Virus record (IMG/VR): IMGVR_UViG_3300043410_002285
Span: 1-57,769 of that record
Source: a virus
Lineage: Duplodnaviria > Caudoviricetes
Direction: 5' to 3' (one strand)
Length of the DNA stretch: 57,769 bases
Part shown: piece after piece, positions 31,259 through 40,613 of the stretch
How positions within the stretch are numbered: position 1 is the first letter of the stretch
Layout of the letters: the number at the start of each line of letters is the position of its first letter
Notes under the pieces: generated by a model
The model's database searches: none
Seen by the model: only the letters and a program-made list of their open reading frames with translations
What the model was told of the DNA's origin: nothing
Position numbers and translations under genes: made by a program

Positions 31259-31630
31259 ATGAAACCAATAGGTTCTGAAAAAATAGAAAACGTTGACGAT
31301 AAATTAGCTAGAATCTTAGAGATTGCTGGTATTAAAAAAGAAATTATTAATGAAAATAAAGTGATTTCTAATAAAGCGTCTAACGTATTACATGAAGCTG
31401 TAGCTGCTGATGGTACTGAATACGGTATCGTTCAAGAAGAAAAACACGTGTACATCAAGTCTAAAAACACTGATGGTGAATACGACTATTTGACAGGTGT
31501 ACAAAATATTCACGAACATTCTTACAAATCATATGCTGATGCTTTAAAACATTTAAATATGATGTTCAAAGAAATTAACGAATCTGTTGATTTTAAAGAA
31601 AACATCGATGTTTTAAAAAAAAAAGTATAA
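31259..31630 (+). CDS. Hypothetical phage protein; 0-frame part of a probable frameshifted gene
   Basis: Preceded by TATTTAT; ends GTT TTA AAA AAA AAA GTA TAA. Confidence 0.8.
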   Translation: MKPIGSEKIENVDDKLARILEIAGIKKEIINENKVISNKASNVLHEAVAADGTEYGIVQEEKHVYIKSKNTDGEYDYLTGVQNIHEHSYKSYADALKHLNMMFKEINESVDFKENIDVLKKKV

Positions 31631-32193
31631 CCGAGCGTTATATCCTAAAACTTAAAAGTAATAACCCAGCACCAGCTGTTGATACAACAGTCGATATGGG
31701 TGTCGATACAACTACTGATCCAGTAGCCCCTGAACAAACTGATGTTGCAACAGATTTTTCAGCTGATACAACAGTTGATACAGGTGTTGATGCGGGTGTT
31801 GACACAACTACAGATCCAACACAAGAAGAACCAGCACAAGAAACTGGTAGTGAAAATGTTGACGAGCCAATATTAAAAACAGTTCAAAAACTTACTGGTA
31901 AATTAACTCAAAAAATGAGAGATGGTGACCAGGAATTACAATCAAAAGACTATAAATATGTTGTAAATTCAATCTTATCTGCTATTGATATGACAAAAAT
32001 AACAGAAGAAGATATGAATGATATGCTAAATAAATTACAAAATAAAGATTCAGAAGATACAACAGAAGCTGAACCATCTTCAGGTGAAGAAATGCCACCA
32101 GCGGAAGAACCAGTTCAAGAAACCCAGATGCCGTGGGAATCCAAAAGAGTAACAAAATCAGTTATAGACGAATTTATTAAAAATAGAAAATAA
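31597..32193 (+). CDS. Acidic hypothetical protein; -1-frame continuation of 31259..31630 (first ATG at 31696)
   Basis: The -1 frame is open from 31597 across the A10 run and reads KKKSITERYILKLKSNNPAPAVD... before the first ATG. Confidence 0.7.
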   Translation, partial: RKHRCFKKKSITERYILKLKSNNPAPAVDTTVDMGVDTTTDPVAPEQTDVATDFSADTTVDTGVDAGVDTTTDPTQEEPAQETGSENVDEPILKTVQKLTGKLTQKMRDGDQELQSKDYKYVVNSILSAIDMTKITEEDMNDMLNKLQNKDSEDTTEAEPSSGEEMPPAEEPVQETQMPWESKRVTKSVIDEFIKNRK

Positions 32194-32197
32194 AAAA

Positions 32198-32224
32198 AAT
32201 CCCCGAAAGGGGATTTGTTTTTTT
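32198..32224 (+). terminator. Intrinsic terminator
   Basis: AATCCCC-GAAA-GGGGATT followed by a T tract. Confidence 0.85.
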
Positions 32225-32260
32225 AAAACGTTTTTACTATTATTATATAAATTTATAGAA

Positions 32261-32830
32261 ATGATAGTAGGTATTTTAGGGAAAAAACGTTCAGGTAAAG
32301 ACACCACAGGTGATTATCTTGTTAATAACAAAGGTTTTGTAAAGTATAGTTTTGCCAATCCAATTAAACGTGGTGCTATGGAATTGTTTGGTTTCACAGA
32401 GGATCAAGTTTTTGGTGACGCTAAAGACGAAATTGACCCAACTTGGGGTATTACACCAAGATTAGTACTACAAATAATGGGTACTGAGGTATTTCAATAC
32501 GATATGCCAAAATATATACCAGAATTACAAGCTTTTGGCCGCGCATTTTGGGTTAAACGTTTTGAGCAATGGTATGAAAAAAATAGTGATTTAAATGTTG
32601 TAATCTGCGATGTTAGATTTCAGCATGAAGTCGATTCCATTTTAAAAATGGGTGGTGCTATATGGTCAATACAAAGACCTAATTTAACAACTGGTGATGA
32701 ACACGCATCTGAAAAAGAAATGGATGTTATAGTGGGTATAACGTCTCAAATAATAAATGATGGTACATTAAATGATTTGTATCATAATATTGAAACGACT
32801 TTAAATGATTTACGAAAATCCGTTAGCTGA
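32261..32830 (+). CDS. Deoxynucleoside monophosphate kinase (T4 gp1-like)
   Basis: GKKRSGKDT P-loop, SFANPIK, TPRLVLQIMGTE, DVRFQHE and HASE motifs. Confidence 0.92.
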   Translation: MIVGILGKKRSGKDTTGDYLVNNKGFVKYSFANPIKRGAMELFGFTEDQVFGDAKDEIDPTWGITPRLVLQIMGTEVFQYDMPKYIPELQAFGRAFWVKRFEQWYEKNSDLNVVICDVRFQHEVDSILKMGGAIWSIQRPNLTTGDEHASEKEMDVIVGITSQIINDGTLNDLYHNIETTLNDLRKSVS

Positions 32831-33182
32831 GATATTATCAGTTCATAATTTTAAAGTAAAATCTTCCTTAGCTGAAATGTTATGCTACACTTTCTATGGT
32901 AAAATAGAATGTGACAGAAAAATTAATGTTAAGTTATTTAATAGATTTCATAAATACAAACCTTTATATATTTTTAGTTATGGTGGGGTTTTAAACTACA
33001 CACCTGAAAAACAACCCGTTAAATTAACGGGCATCGAAGTTGTTGTCCCATCTGGGGAAGAGGAAGAATTTTTGGAAAATAACTCTAATTTTATATTTTA
33101 TGGTGGCCCTAATTGTGGGTTACAATGGTTAGATGAAGAAGATGGTGTAAATGTTTACGGTACCTGTAAAGTCACATTTTAG
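32805..33182 (+). CDS. Hypothetical protein
   Basis: 125-aa ORF overlapping the kinase end; no motif recognised. Confidence 0.6.
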   Translation: MIYENPLAEILSVHNFKVKSSLAEMLCYTFYGKIECDRKINVKLFNRFHKYKPLYIFSYGGVLNYTPEKQPVKLTGIEVVVPSGEEEEFLENNSNFIFYGGPNCGLQWLDEEDGVNVYGTCKVTF

Positions 33183-33450
33183 TGATTTTTAATCTCAGAT
33201 TACCAGTCCCCTTTATAACCCTATGCCAATCATGTCTTGCTATTTTTAGTGAGACATTTTTATTTAAATCAATAGGTAATTGATTATCGTATTGAAATTT
33301 CCAATCTGTTTCATTTAAAACATCTACGATACGATCCTCATTATCTCTATGCCACATTAATTCAATGGGATCAATATTCTCATCAAATTCCCTTATAACG
33401 TAATTAGAACCTATTTCAATGTCTTTATATGGTTTACCAGTATCCACCAA
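33172..33450 (-). CDS. Small cupin-like phage protein
   Basis: ELMWHRDNEDR...WKFQ.DN.LP...WHRVIKG pattern with His metal ligands. Confidence 0.65.
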   Translation of the reverse strand: MVDTGKPYKDIEIGSNYVIREFDENIDPIELMWHRDNEDRIVDVLNETDWKFQYDNQLPIDLNKNVSLKIARHDWHRVIKGTGNLRLKITKM

Positions 33451-34390
33451 ATTTAGATTTTAAACCTAACAAATGTGCGTATCTTGGTAATCTGCAAGAC
33501 CAATAAGATGCTTTAGTTCTATCTTTTTTATTCGCACAGTCATGTCTAGCTGCAAATGATTTACGAGCTTGTGGGTTATTTAATTTAACGGACAAACCAG
33601 TTGTATCACCAAAAGAAACTTTTTTAATACCACCACCTGGTTTTCTAACATAAACATAGAATTTTTTAGAACCACCTCTATGTGGTTTACCTAATTCAAC
33701 ATCCTTACCCTGATATTTAGCTTCAGCAATTAATTCATCCTCTTCCATATCTTCGGTAAAAGGTAAATCTAAAGGAACCATTACACCTTCATATAAATCA
33801 AATTTACCAAGATCCGTATTCTCAAATAACTTTGAATCTAAAGCTGATAATTTAATTACCTTCTTTTCCCATAGCTCTCTAGCCTCTTTAATTACAGCTG
33901 CGTGTTTTTCACTACCAGGTCTATAATCATTCTCCAATAAAGATACTTTATTAACTAAATGATGTTTTACATCCTCAGAAACCAAATCTTTTAATACCCA
34001 AGTATCAAAATTTTCCATTAATTTTTTTTCAATTGCAAGTTCCAAGCACTCTTCACAAACAACATTTGATTCAGAAACTAATGAATTAAACTCATTATTT
34101 TCGTACATATCGTTTATAACTTCAAAAACAAACGATAAATCCTTATATTCTGGATTTACAACAACATGATAACAATTATCAGACTTTTCTGTCATTGGTT
34201 TACCAAATTCACCGTCATTTTTTGAAATATAAAATGATGGGTTATCAGATTCTTCTTGAATTGAAAATAATTCAGAAACAACCTCAAGATTTAAACCCTG
34301 TTCTTTCTCTTTTTTATCACTTAATAAACCTTTTTCAGCAAGAATTGCCGACATTTGTGCTTCTGTTATTTTATATAACTTTTTACCCAT
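33434..34390 (-). CDS. Hypothetical phage (probably virion) protein with basic C-terminal domain
   Basis: N-terminal KITEAQMSAIL; C-terminal KKFYVYV..KKVSFGD..RKSFAARHDC..KASYWSC, a domain familiar from large myoviruses; upstream TATTTAT. Confidence 0.7.
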   Translation of the reverse strand: MGKKLYKITEAQMSAILAEKGLLSDKKEKEQGLNLEVVSELFSIQEESDNPSFYISKNDGEFGKPMTEKSDNCYHVVVNPEYKDLSFVFEVINDMYENNEFNSLVSESNVVCEECLELAIEKKLMENFDTWVLKDLVSEDVKHHLVNKVSLLENDYRPGSEKHAAVIKEARELWEKKVIKLSALDSKLFENTDLGKFDLYEGVMVPLDLPFTEDMEEDELIAEAKYQGKDVELGKPHRGGSKKFYVYVRKPGGGIKKVSFGDTTGLSVKLNNPQARKSFAARHDCANKKDRTKASYWSCRLPRYAHLLGLKSKFGGYW

Positions 34391-34418
34391 AAATCAAATC
34401 TATTATTATATAAATATC

Positions 34419-34976
34419 TTAATTTTTGAATAAATTCTTAAAATCATAAACATTATTAGGTATTGGTTTGAGATGTTCAAAGCCGTAAAAGGCGCTCATA
34501 ACTGATTGCTCACGTATTGTTTGGTTTTGAACCAGCATTTTGGAATGAAAACTATTAATTATTGTGGCGTTACAATAACCGCAAACCATAAACTCTGTTT
34601 CGTTAACTTTACAAACAAAAATAGCTTTTTTATACATTGGTCTGTAAAAAATGGGGAATTCACCGTAATTAAAAACAATAACATCAACCCAATCGCTAAA
34701 CGTATTTCTTAATTGTATAATAGGTTCTGTATTAAAATCCCTATAGTCAACTATAGGGTGGTTAATCTGTTTTGACACAGCAGTAATAGCACAAACACTT
34801 TTAAACATATCTTTGTACTTTTCATTTTTTTGGGGTAGTTTTGTGGTACCGTGATTTTTTTTAACAACACCACGTATATAATAAACACAGTTATGTATAT
34901 CGGTTTCGCTTAATTTTATTAAAGAAAACTTATTAACCCTTTTATCGAAAACGCTGTTAAATGTTATTATACCCAT
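34419..34976 (-). CDS. Hypothetical protein (start MGIITFN)
   Basis: ATG at 34976 lies just downstream of a minus-strand promoter; the longer version overlaps the helicase start. Confidence 0.65.
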   Translation of the reverse strand: MGIITFNSVFDKRVNKFSLIKLSETDIHNCVYYIRGVVKKNHGTTKLPQKNEKYKDMFKSVCAITAVSKQINHPIVDYRDFNTEPIIQLRNTFSDWVDVIVFNYGEFPIFYRPMYKKAIFVCKVNETEFMVCGYCNATIINSFHSKMLVQNQTIREQSVMSAFYGFEHLKPIPNNVYDFKNLFKN

Positions 34977-34980
34977 AACA

Positions 34981-35028
34981 CAAAAATATAAAAAAATTTG
35001 TTTATAACCAAATAATTTATTACTTTTG
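34981..35028. promoter_or_regulatory. Overlapping divergent Bacteroidota-type promoters
   Basis: + strand: TTTG(34997)-N20-TACTTTTG(35021-35028). - strand: TTTG(35012-35009)-N20-TATTTTTG(34988-34981). Confidence 0.72.
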
Positions 35029-35033
35029 TTAAC

Positions 35034-36431
35034 ATGAAAGGATATACTAAAGAACAACTTAAATTTATTGAGTTTAGCGGACCTGAATCCGTAATATTAT
35101 CAGCAACAGCTGGTAGTGGTAAAACACACTCCACTGTTGGTAGATTAAATCATTTATTAGAGAATGGTGTTGACCCTGAAAGAATCATATTCTTTTCTTT
35201 CACAAATGATGCTGTTAATGAATTAAGACACCGTATTAATAGTGAGGTTAAAATAACAACAATACACAGTTTCACTAGTAGTACATTAGCTAAATTAGGT
35301 AAATTTAAACCTATTGTAACTTTCTATGATTTTATAAATTGGTATCGTGAAAAAAAGAAACCATCTTTTAAAGACCCCAGAAAAATAAGAGAAGAATATT
35401 ACGCAACAATAGAAAGATTCTATGAAGAAGGTGCTGGTATTTCATCATCTTTTTCAGCTTATAAACTACAATTTTACGATGGTATTAAAGCCCCAAAACC
35501 TAATTTTTATGACCATTATGTGGCTTTTCTTAGAGATACAAATAGTCGTGACTTCTCTGATATGTTGATTGATACAGAAAAATTAACAAGAAATCCAGAA
35601 TACAGAGATTTCTTTAATGGGATGTACGATTATATTTTTATCGATGAATATCAGGATACATCAACTCTTCAAATGAAAATATTATCTGCAATCAACGCTA
35701 AACAATATTATTTGATTGGTGATAAAAATCAATCCATCTATGGGTTTTCTGGCGCTAACTGCGAAAAAATTGAATCTTTATTGAAACAAAAAAAGACCGT
35801 TGTTGAATTGACCTTAACTAAAAATTTTAGATCACATAAAAAAATTGTTGAGAATGCTAACAAATTTAGTTCATTAAGAGCAATACCAGAATCAGAAAAT
35901 GAGGGTTTTGTTGATAATAAATTTATCAATAAAACAAAATTATTTGAAATGATGCAAGACGGTAAACCTTTAACAATTCTTGTTAGAACTAACAATGTTA
36001 TTAAAGAGATTGAAAAACAAGCGTTGAAGAAAAAAATACCGATGCACTATTTCAATTACATCACAAAAACTGATTTAGATAACCTAAAAAAATCTAATAT
36101 AAGTGATAGTCTTAAGAAAAAATTAAATGAGGTCTTACCTTATTTTTTAAATAACCAAGACTTTATCGATTTTATTGAATCCAATAATCAATCGGATGTT
36201 TTTGTGACATCGATACACAAAAGCAAAGGCCGCGAATTCCCTAGATGCGTTGTTATTAATTCAGCTGATCCAGAAATGCTAATTGAACACGGTAGTTTAA
36301 CACATAGTTTAGCTGAATTTTCTTTTATTACTGATGATGGGGATGTTGATGAAGAGGGTAGAAACATACATTATGTTGCCGTCACTAGACCAAAAGAAGA
36401 ACTCTATTTTATGATTTACGATGATTTTTAA
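35034..36431 (+). CDS. UvrD/Rep-family SF1 helicase (compact)
   Basis: ATAGSGKT, IDEYQD, IGDKNQSIYGFSGA, NFRS, SIHKSKGREF and YVAVTRPK motifs. Confidence 0.93.
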   Translation: MKGYTKEQLKFIEFSGPESVILSATAGSGKTHSTVGRLNHLLENGVDPERIIFFSFTNDAVNELRHRINSEVKITTIHSFTSSTLAKLGKFKPIVTFYDFINWYREKKKPSFKDPRKIREEYYATIERFYEEGAGISSSFSAYKLQFYDGIKAPKPNFYDHYVAFLRDTNSRDFSDMLIDTEKLTRNPEYRDFFNGMYDYIFIDEYQDTSTLQMKILSAINAKQYYLIGDKNQSIYGFSGANCEKIESLLKQKKTVVELTLTKNFRSHKKIVENANKFSSLRAIPESENEGFVDNKFINKTKLFEMMQDGKPLTILVRTNNVIKEIEKQALKKKIPMHYFNYITKTDLDNLKKSNISDSLKKKLNEVLPYFLNNQDFIDFIESNNQSDVFVTSIHKSKGREFPRCVVINSADPEMLIEHGSLTHSLAEFSFITDDGDVDEEGRNIHYVAVTRPKEELYFMIYDDF

Positions 36432-36435
36432 AAAC

Positions 36436-36464
36436 AAAAGCCACCAATTACGGTGGCTTTTTTT
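36436..36464. terminator. Intrinsic terminator, probably bidirectional
   Basis: AAAAGCCACC-AATTAC-GGTGGCTTTTTTT. Confidence 0.8.
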
Positions 36465-36572
36465 ATAGAGGTTGTTAAATTTTTTACTTTACTGTACCAT
36501 ATGTATTGGTTTAGGGATAACCACAATTAACTTATAATTAAACCCCTACCTGCTTTAAGATTATTTCTAAAG

Positions 36573-36734
36573 TTATCTTCTACCTTGGCCTCTATATGGT
36601 TTCTTGTAGTTTTTGCTTCTTTTACTTTTACTAGTTTTATTTTTAGAGTGAACGCCTTTTCTGTTTTTTTTAATTCTACGTCTGAACTCTTTAATTCCTG
36701 TTGAAGAAGTTTTCTTTTTACCTGGTGCTGCCAT
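36573..36734 (-). CDS. Small very basic protein (53 aa) ending KKPYRGQGRR
   Basis: Translated by hand: MAAPGKKKTSSTGIKEFRRRIKKNRKGVHSKNKTSKSKRSKNYKKPYRGQGRR; TATTTAT motif upstream; absent from the ORF track. Confidence 0.8.
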   Translation of the reverse strand: MAAPGKKKTSSTGIKEFRRRIKKNRKGVHSKNKTSKSKRSKNYKKPYRGQGRR

Positions 36735-36816
36735 AATTATTTAGTTTTTTCAATAAATATCTTGATAAAATAGAAAATTACCCTATAATATTAAATATTT
36801 ATATGTAAACAAGCTT

Positions 36817-36975
36817 ATGATTATTTTTTATAACAGATTTGACAAAACAAAAGAGCCTATTGGTAAAACTAATAAGCATTCATCACGATTAGAAGCCGCA
36901 AAATTTTTCGCCCAAATTAAAAAAATGAGTCTTAAGGATTTTTTGAAAGTATTTACTGTTAGTAAAATAAAATAA
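36817..36975 (+). CDS. Small hypothetical protein (52 aa)
   Basis: Translated by hand: MIIFYNRFDKTKEPIGKTNKHSSRLEAAKFFAQIKKMSLKDFLKVFTVSKIK; TATTTAT at 36796. Confidence 0.7.
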   Translation: MIIFYNRFDKTKEPIGKTNKHSSRLEAAKFFAQIKKMSLKDFLKVFTVSKIK

Positions 36976-36993
36976 AAAAAAATCTAAAGAATT

Positions 36994-37821
36994 ATGTTAT
37001 TAAAAGTAGGTTCAAAAGGAGAAGATGTTAAAAAACTCCAAACGAAGCTTGGGACAACCGCTGATGGTGTTTTTGGCCCTGGCACGGAAAAATTAGTTAA
37101 AGAATGGCAAGCAGCTAACGGTTTAACCGCTGATGGTATCGTTGGTGATGGTACTTGGGGAAAAATGGGTTTGAATGAAGGTTCAGCACCAGCCGCTGCA
37201 CCTGTTGTTATTCCAGCTTCAAGTTTTAAATTAGAAGCGTTAAAAGGTCATGTACCTGATGCTGTTATTGCTCAGATTCCTGAAACAGCAGCTAAATTTG
37301 GTATTACCAATGTATTAAGATTAGCACACTTCTTGGCTCAGTGTGGCCACGAATCTGGTGGTTTTAAAGCTGTCAGTGAAAACTTAAATTACAGTGCGGA
37401 TGGTCTTAAAAAGATTTTCCCTAAATACTTTCCTGGTGCATTGAATGAATCATACGCACGCCAACCAGAAAAAATTGCTAACCGCGTTTATTCATCTCGT
37501 ATGGGTAATGGTGACGAAGCTTCTGGTGAGGGTTTTAAATTCCGTGGGAGAGGTTACATACAATTAACTGGTAAATCAAATTATGCGTCTTTTGACAAGT
37601 TAGTTGAAGATGATATAATTGGTAACCCAGATTTAGTTGCTACTAAATATCCTTTAGCATCAGCAGCGTTTTTCTTTAACTCAAACGGCCTTTGGTCTAT
37701 TTGTGATAAAGGTGCTGACACAGCAACTGTTACAGCTGTAACAAAAAGAGTTAATGGTGGTACAATCGGTCTTGATGATCGTATTAAACACTTTAATGAG
37801 TATTATAAATTATTAGCTTAA
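36994..37821 (+). CDS. Endolysin: PG-binding domain + GH19 catalytic domain
   Basis: N-terminal DGVFGPGT..WQ..GL.ADGIVG; HFLAQCGHESGGF..ENLNYS, FRGRGYIQLTG and VTKRVNGG motifs. Confidence 0.92.
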   Translation: MLLKVGSKGEDVKKLQTKLGTTADGVFGPGTEKLVKEWQAANGLTADGIVGDGTWGKMGLNEGSAPAAAPVVIPASSFKLEALKGHVPDAVIAQIPETAAKFGITNVLRLAHFLAQCGHESGGFKAVSENLNYSADGLKKIFPKYFPGALNESYARQPEKIANRVYSSRMGNGDEASGEGFKFRGRGYIQLTGKSNYASFDKLVEDDIIGNPDLVATKYPLASAAFFFNSNGLWSICDKGADTATVTAVTKRVNGGTIGLDDRIKHFNEYYKLLA

Positions 37822-37832
37822 AATTTTTTATT

Positions 37833-38285
37833 ATGGATGAATTAATTGGTACAATTAAATTATTTGCGGGTTATTTTGAACCCAGAGGTTACATGGTATG
37901 CGATGGTAGATTATTACCAATAAGCCAATACACAGCCTTATTCTCAATCCTTGGTACATATTATGGTGGTAATGGTCAAACAAATTTTGCTTTACCTGAT
38001 TTAAGAAGTAGGGTACCAGTTGGTGCTGGCCAGGGTATTAACTTAAGTAATGTTTCTTTGGGACAAACTGGTGGTTGTGAAATGAATCAAATGGCTGGTA
38101 AACACATTGGTTTAAATGTTGAAACAAGCTCTTATGATATTAATTCAACAGGCAGAGATGGTGCCCCTGAGTTAGTTAAAGATGTTGCTGTAAACGAACA
38201 ATGGACTCCCATTGAAAACAGACAACCATATTTAGGTTTAAATTATATAATATGTGTTGATGGTGTTTACCCATCAAGAGATTAA
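37833..38285 (+). CDS. Phage tail collar domain protein
   Basis: GTIKLFAG.FEPRGY..CDG.LL.I..Y.ALFSILGT.YGGNG.TNFALPDLR...QPYL.LNYIIC. Confidence 0.92.
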   Translation: MDELIGTIKLFAGYFEPRGYMVCDGRLLPISQYTALFSILGTYYGGNGQTNFALPDLRSRVPVGAGQGINLSNVSLGQTGGCEMNQMAGKHIGLNVETSSYDINSTGRDGAPELVKDVAVNEQWTPIENRQPYLGLNYIICVDGVYPSRD

Positions 38286-38310
38286 AATAAAAATAATAAT
38301 CAAAACAAAA

Positions 38311-38907
38311 ATGAGTTACAGTAAAGAACAAATTGAAACCGCAGTTAAAAGCAAAGGTTATGTGTGGTTTGAAGATGAGAATAATAAAGGTTACGATGTG
38401 AACATTGTGGGTGTTAGGAATGCATCTACGGGTCAAAAAGTTACTAATGCGTTTGATGACACCATGACTTTATCATACAAAGAGAATGGTGAGTGGAAAT
38501 TTCATTCATGGCCTTGTACGACAGATCCTGGTAAAAAAGGTGTCATGGAATACCATAACGCTGCTGGTGTTGCTAGATTAGTTGAGGGCCAATATCGTGG
38601 ATCACATGCCATAGGATTACATCAGGGTAAATATGAGGCTTTAAAGCAAGCTAAAAACGTTAAAGTTTATAGAGACGCTGATAAAGATATGGAATATGAT
38701 GAAGACAAAATCCAAGAAGGTGTTTTTGGTATTAATATCCACAAAGCTGGCGTTGATTCAACGTATGTTGAAAACTGGTCTGAGGGATGCCAAGTATTTA
38801 AAAAAGAAGCCGATTTTAATGCTTTTATGGAAATCTGTAGAAAAGCATCAAAAATACATGGTAATGGTTTCACATATACTTTGATTGAATCCACTGATAT
38901 TAAATAA
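38311..38907 (+). CDS. Putative L,D-transpeptidase-like (YkuD-fold) peptidoglycan enzyme
   Basis: GINIHKAG...WSEGCQV matches the Hx(n)SxGC catalytic motif; probable start MSYSKEQ after an A-rich stretch. Confidence 0.6.
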   Translation: MSYSKEQIETAVKSKGYVWFEDENNKGYDVNIVGVRNASTGQKVTNAFDDTMTLSYKENGEWKFHSWPCTTDPGKKGVMEYHNAAGVARLVEGQYRGSHAIGLHQGKYEALKQAKNVKVYRDADKDMEYDEDKIQEGVFGINIHKAGVDSTYVENWSEGCQVFKKEADFNAFMEICRKASKIHGNGFTYTLIESTDIK

Positions 38908-38942
38908 TAAACTAAAATAAACTAAAACTAAATCAAATTAAA

Positions 38943-39197
38943 ATGGCATTCGTAAAAAATTTAAACGGAAAAGCGGTTGAGTGTACGTATGAAGATGGTG
39001 CTTTATTGGTACCTGAAAATGGATACATTGCTGCTATCATTATGCATGATGAAGTACATTTCTTTGGAGCATCTGACGATGCTGGTATCATTGCTATCGG
39101 CTCAATGGCTAATGGTAGTGAAGTTGCTACTTTAGCTGAAGCTAAAACCGCAATTGCTAGCGTTGGTACTTTGTTCTTGGATGGTGCTGCTGTCTAA
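38943..39197 (+). CDS. Hypothetical protein
   Basis: 84-aa ORF with A-rich start, followed by a terminator. Confidence 0.7.
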   Translation: MAFVKNLNGKAVECTYEDGALLVPENGYIAAIIMHDEVHFFGASDDAGIIAIGSMANGSEVATLAEAKTAIASVGTLFLDGAAV

Positions 39198-39215
39198 TGA
39201 AAAAATTAAACAATT

Positions 39216-39246
39216 AAAAGGGCTTGGTTTTACCAAGCCTTTTTTT
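39216..39246. terminator. Intrinsic terminator
   Basis: AAAAGGGCTTGGT-TTT-ACCAAGCCTTTTTTT. Confidence 0.82.
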
Positions 39247-39257
39247 ATATTTATAGT

Positions 39258-39458
39258 ATGAGTTTTAATAAAAGAATTGTTAACGCAAAAAAAATATTAG
39301 ATAATAAAAATTCACTGGATAAAATTTTTACACCCAGTATTGATGCCTATATTTTTGAAGATGATTTTTCGGCTAAAATATGTGATTTATATTTTGACGA
39401 AGAATTTGAATTAATTACCAAGACTATACTTGAATATGAGGCTAAATCTTTGATCTAA
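39258..39458 (+). CDS. Small hypothetical protein
   Basis: TATTTAT immediately upstream; convergent overlap with 39411..40148. Confidence 0.55.
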   Translation: MSFNKRIVNAKKILDNKNSLDKIFTPSIDAYIFEDDFSAKICDLYFDEEFELITKTILEYEAKSLI

Positions 39459-40148
39459 TGGTTTTACATTTTTATTTAATTCAGAACTTACTGTTGATAA
39501 GTACCCCTCATATAAAAACCCAATTGATGTTGATTTTTTAATAGCTTTTGTTATCGATAAAGTGTAATTACCAACAGTATTTTTAGCCCAAACTAAATCA
39601 TTGCTAGATATAATAGCTGGTTGTAATAGTAAACTATGGTCAATAGTATAATCATTGATTTTATATTTCAATGTGTGTCTATATGAAACCCTTTTACTAC
39701 CAAACCATAATTTTGATATTTCTGATCGATCGTAAACATACGCAAAAGAAACACCACCATTTAATTTATCCGTCTTAAAAGATTTTTTAAGACCCATACC
39801 GCCAGAAACACTTAAATCAAGATTTTTAATCATAGAGTGCTCAACCACTGAAAATAGTATTACACTATAATCATTTTTAATTTCTTTCCATGAAAATATG
39901 TTTAATCTAGCGTCTTCGGATTGTTTAACAAATTGATCATTTTTTTGTCCGTAAAACAAAAAATAATATGGATTTAACGTGACCCCAATATTTTTATCTT
40001 TATTGTTAAGTTCATAAGCCATTTTAGACGTTATCTGAACGTTTTTGTTATTTCCAGTAAGTAATACCCCACCTAAGTCAAAACTCTTTATTTGGGCCTC
40101 TAAATGGCCAAATACACATATTAATAGTATGGTAATAAAATACCTCAT
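39411..40148 (-). CDS. Outer-membrane beta-barrel protein (DUF481-like)
   Basis: Signal peptide, LTGN near N-terminus, alternating amphipathic strands, C-terminal FSLIFKY beta-signal-like strand. Confidence 0.65.
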   Translation of the reverse strand: MRYFITILLICVFGHLEAQIKSFDLGGVLLTGNNKNVQITSKMAYELNNKDKNIGVTLNPYYFLFYGQKNDQFVKQSEDARLNIFSWKEIKNDYSVILFSVVEHSMIKNLDLSVSGGMGLKKSFKTDKLNGGVSFAYVYDRSEISKLWFGSKRVSYRHTLKYKINDYTIDHSLLLQPAIISSNDLVWAKNTVGNYTLSITKAIKKSTSIGFLYEGYLSTVSSELNKNVKPLDQRFSLIFKYSLGN

Positions 40149-40149
40149 A

Positions 40150-40608
40150 TTATAATTTATTTACAGCGTCAATTATCGCTTTTTTCATTGCAATACCTAT
40201 TGATGATTTACTAAAAGGTACTTTACCTTCTTTTAACTCAATAAATGCGTAGCTAGCTGTTGTAGCCGACTCACCTATACCGTCAACAATTTTATCACCA
40301 AAATGTAATTTTAATAATATTTGTGTTGTTTCTGTTGCCGCACCCACACCAGCGATTCTGAAGGTAGTCGATGGTGTACCAACCCTGGTTATCTCAACCA
40401 TAACTGGTATAGCATTTTGTTCACACAATGAATACTTTTCAGATAACACTTCTTCGGTGATTTGTTTAACACCAAATAGTATATTCCTATCTTTAAATTC
40501 TTTTATTTTCATTGTGCTGTAAACCGAATCTACTTTAACACAAGTTTGAGAAAATGCTGGGATTTGTACTGACAGTACAAAAATTAGCGTAAAAATAAAC
40601 TGTTTCAT
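40150..40608 (-). CDS. Secreted protein, distantly CsgG-like
   Basis: Signal peptide; FGVKQITEEVL...GIGES...FSKSSIGIAMKKAI parallels LGVTNIVIEYL...GLGEA...FNQSTIGTSTKKAL of 44396..45115. Confidence 0.6.
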   Translation of the reverse strand: MKQFIFTLIFVLSVQIPAFSQTCVKVDSVYSTMKIKEFKDRNILFGVKQITEEVLSEKYSLCEQNAIPVMVEITRVGTPSTTFRIAGVGAATETTQILLKLHFGDKIVDGIGESATTASYAFIELKEGKVPFSKSSIGIAMKKAIIDAVNKL

Positions 40609-40613
40609 ATTTT

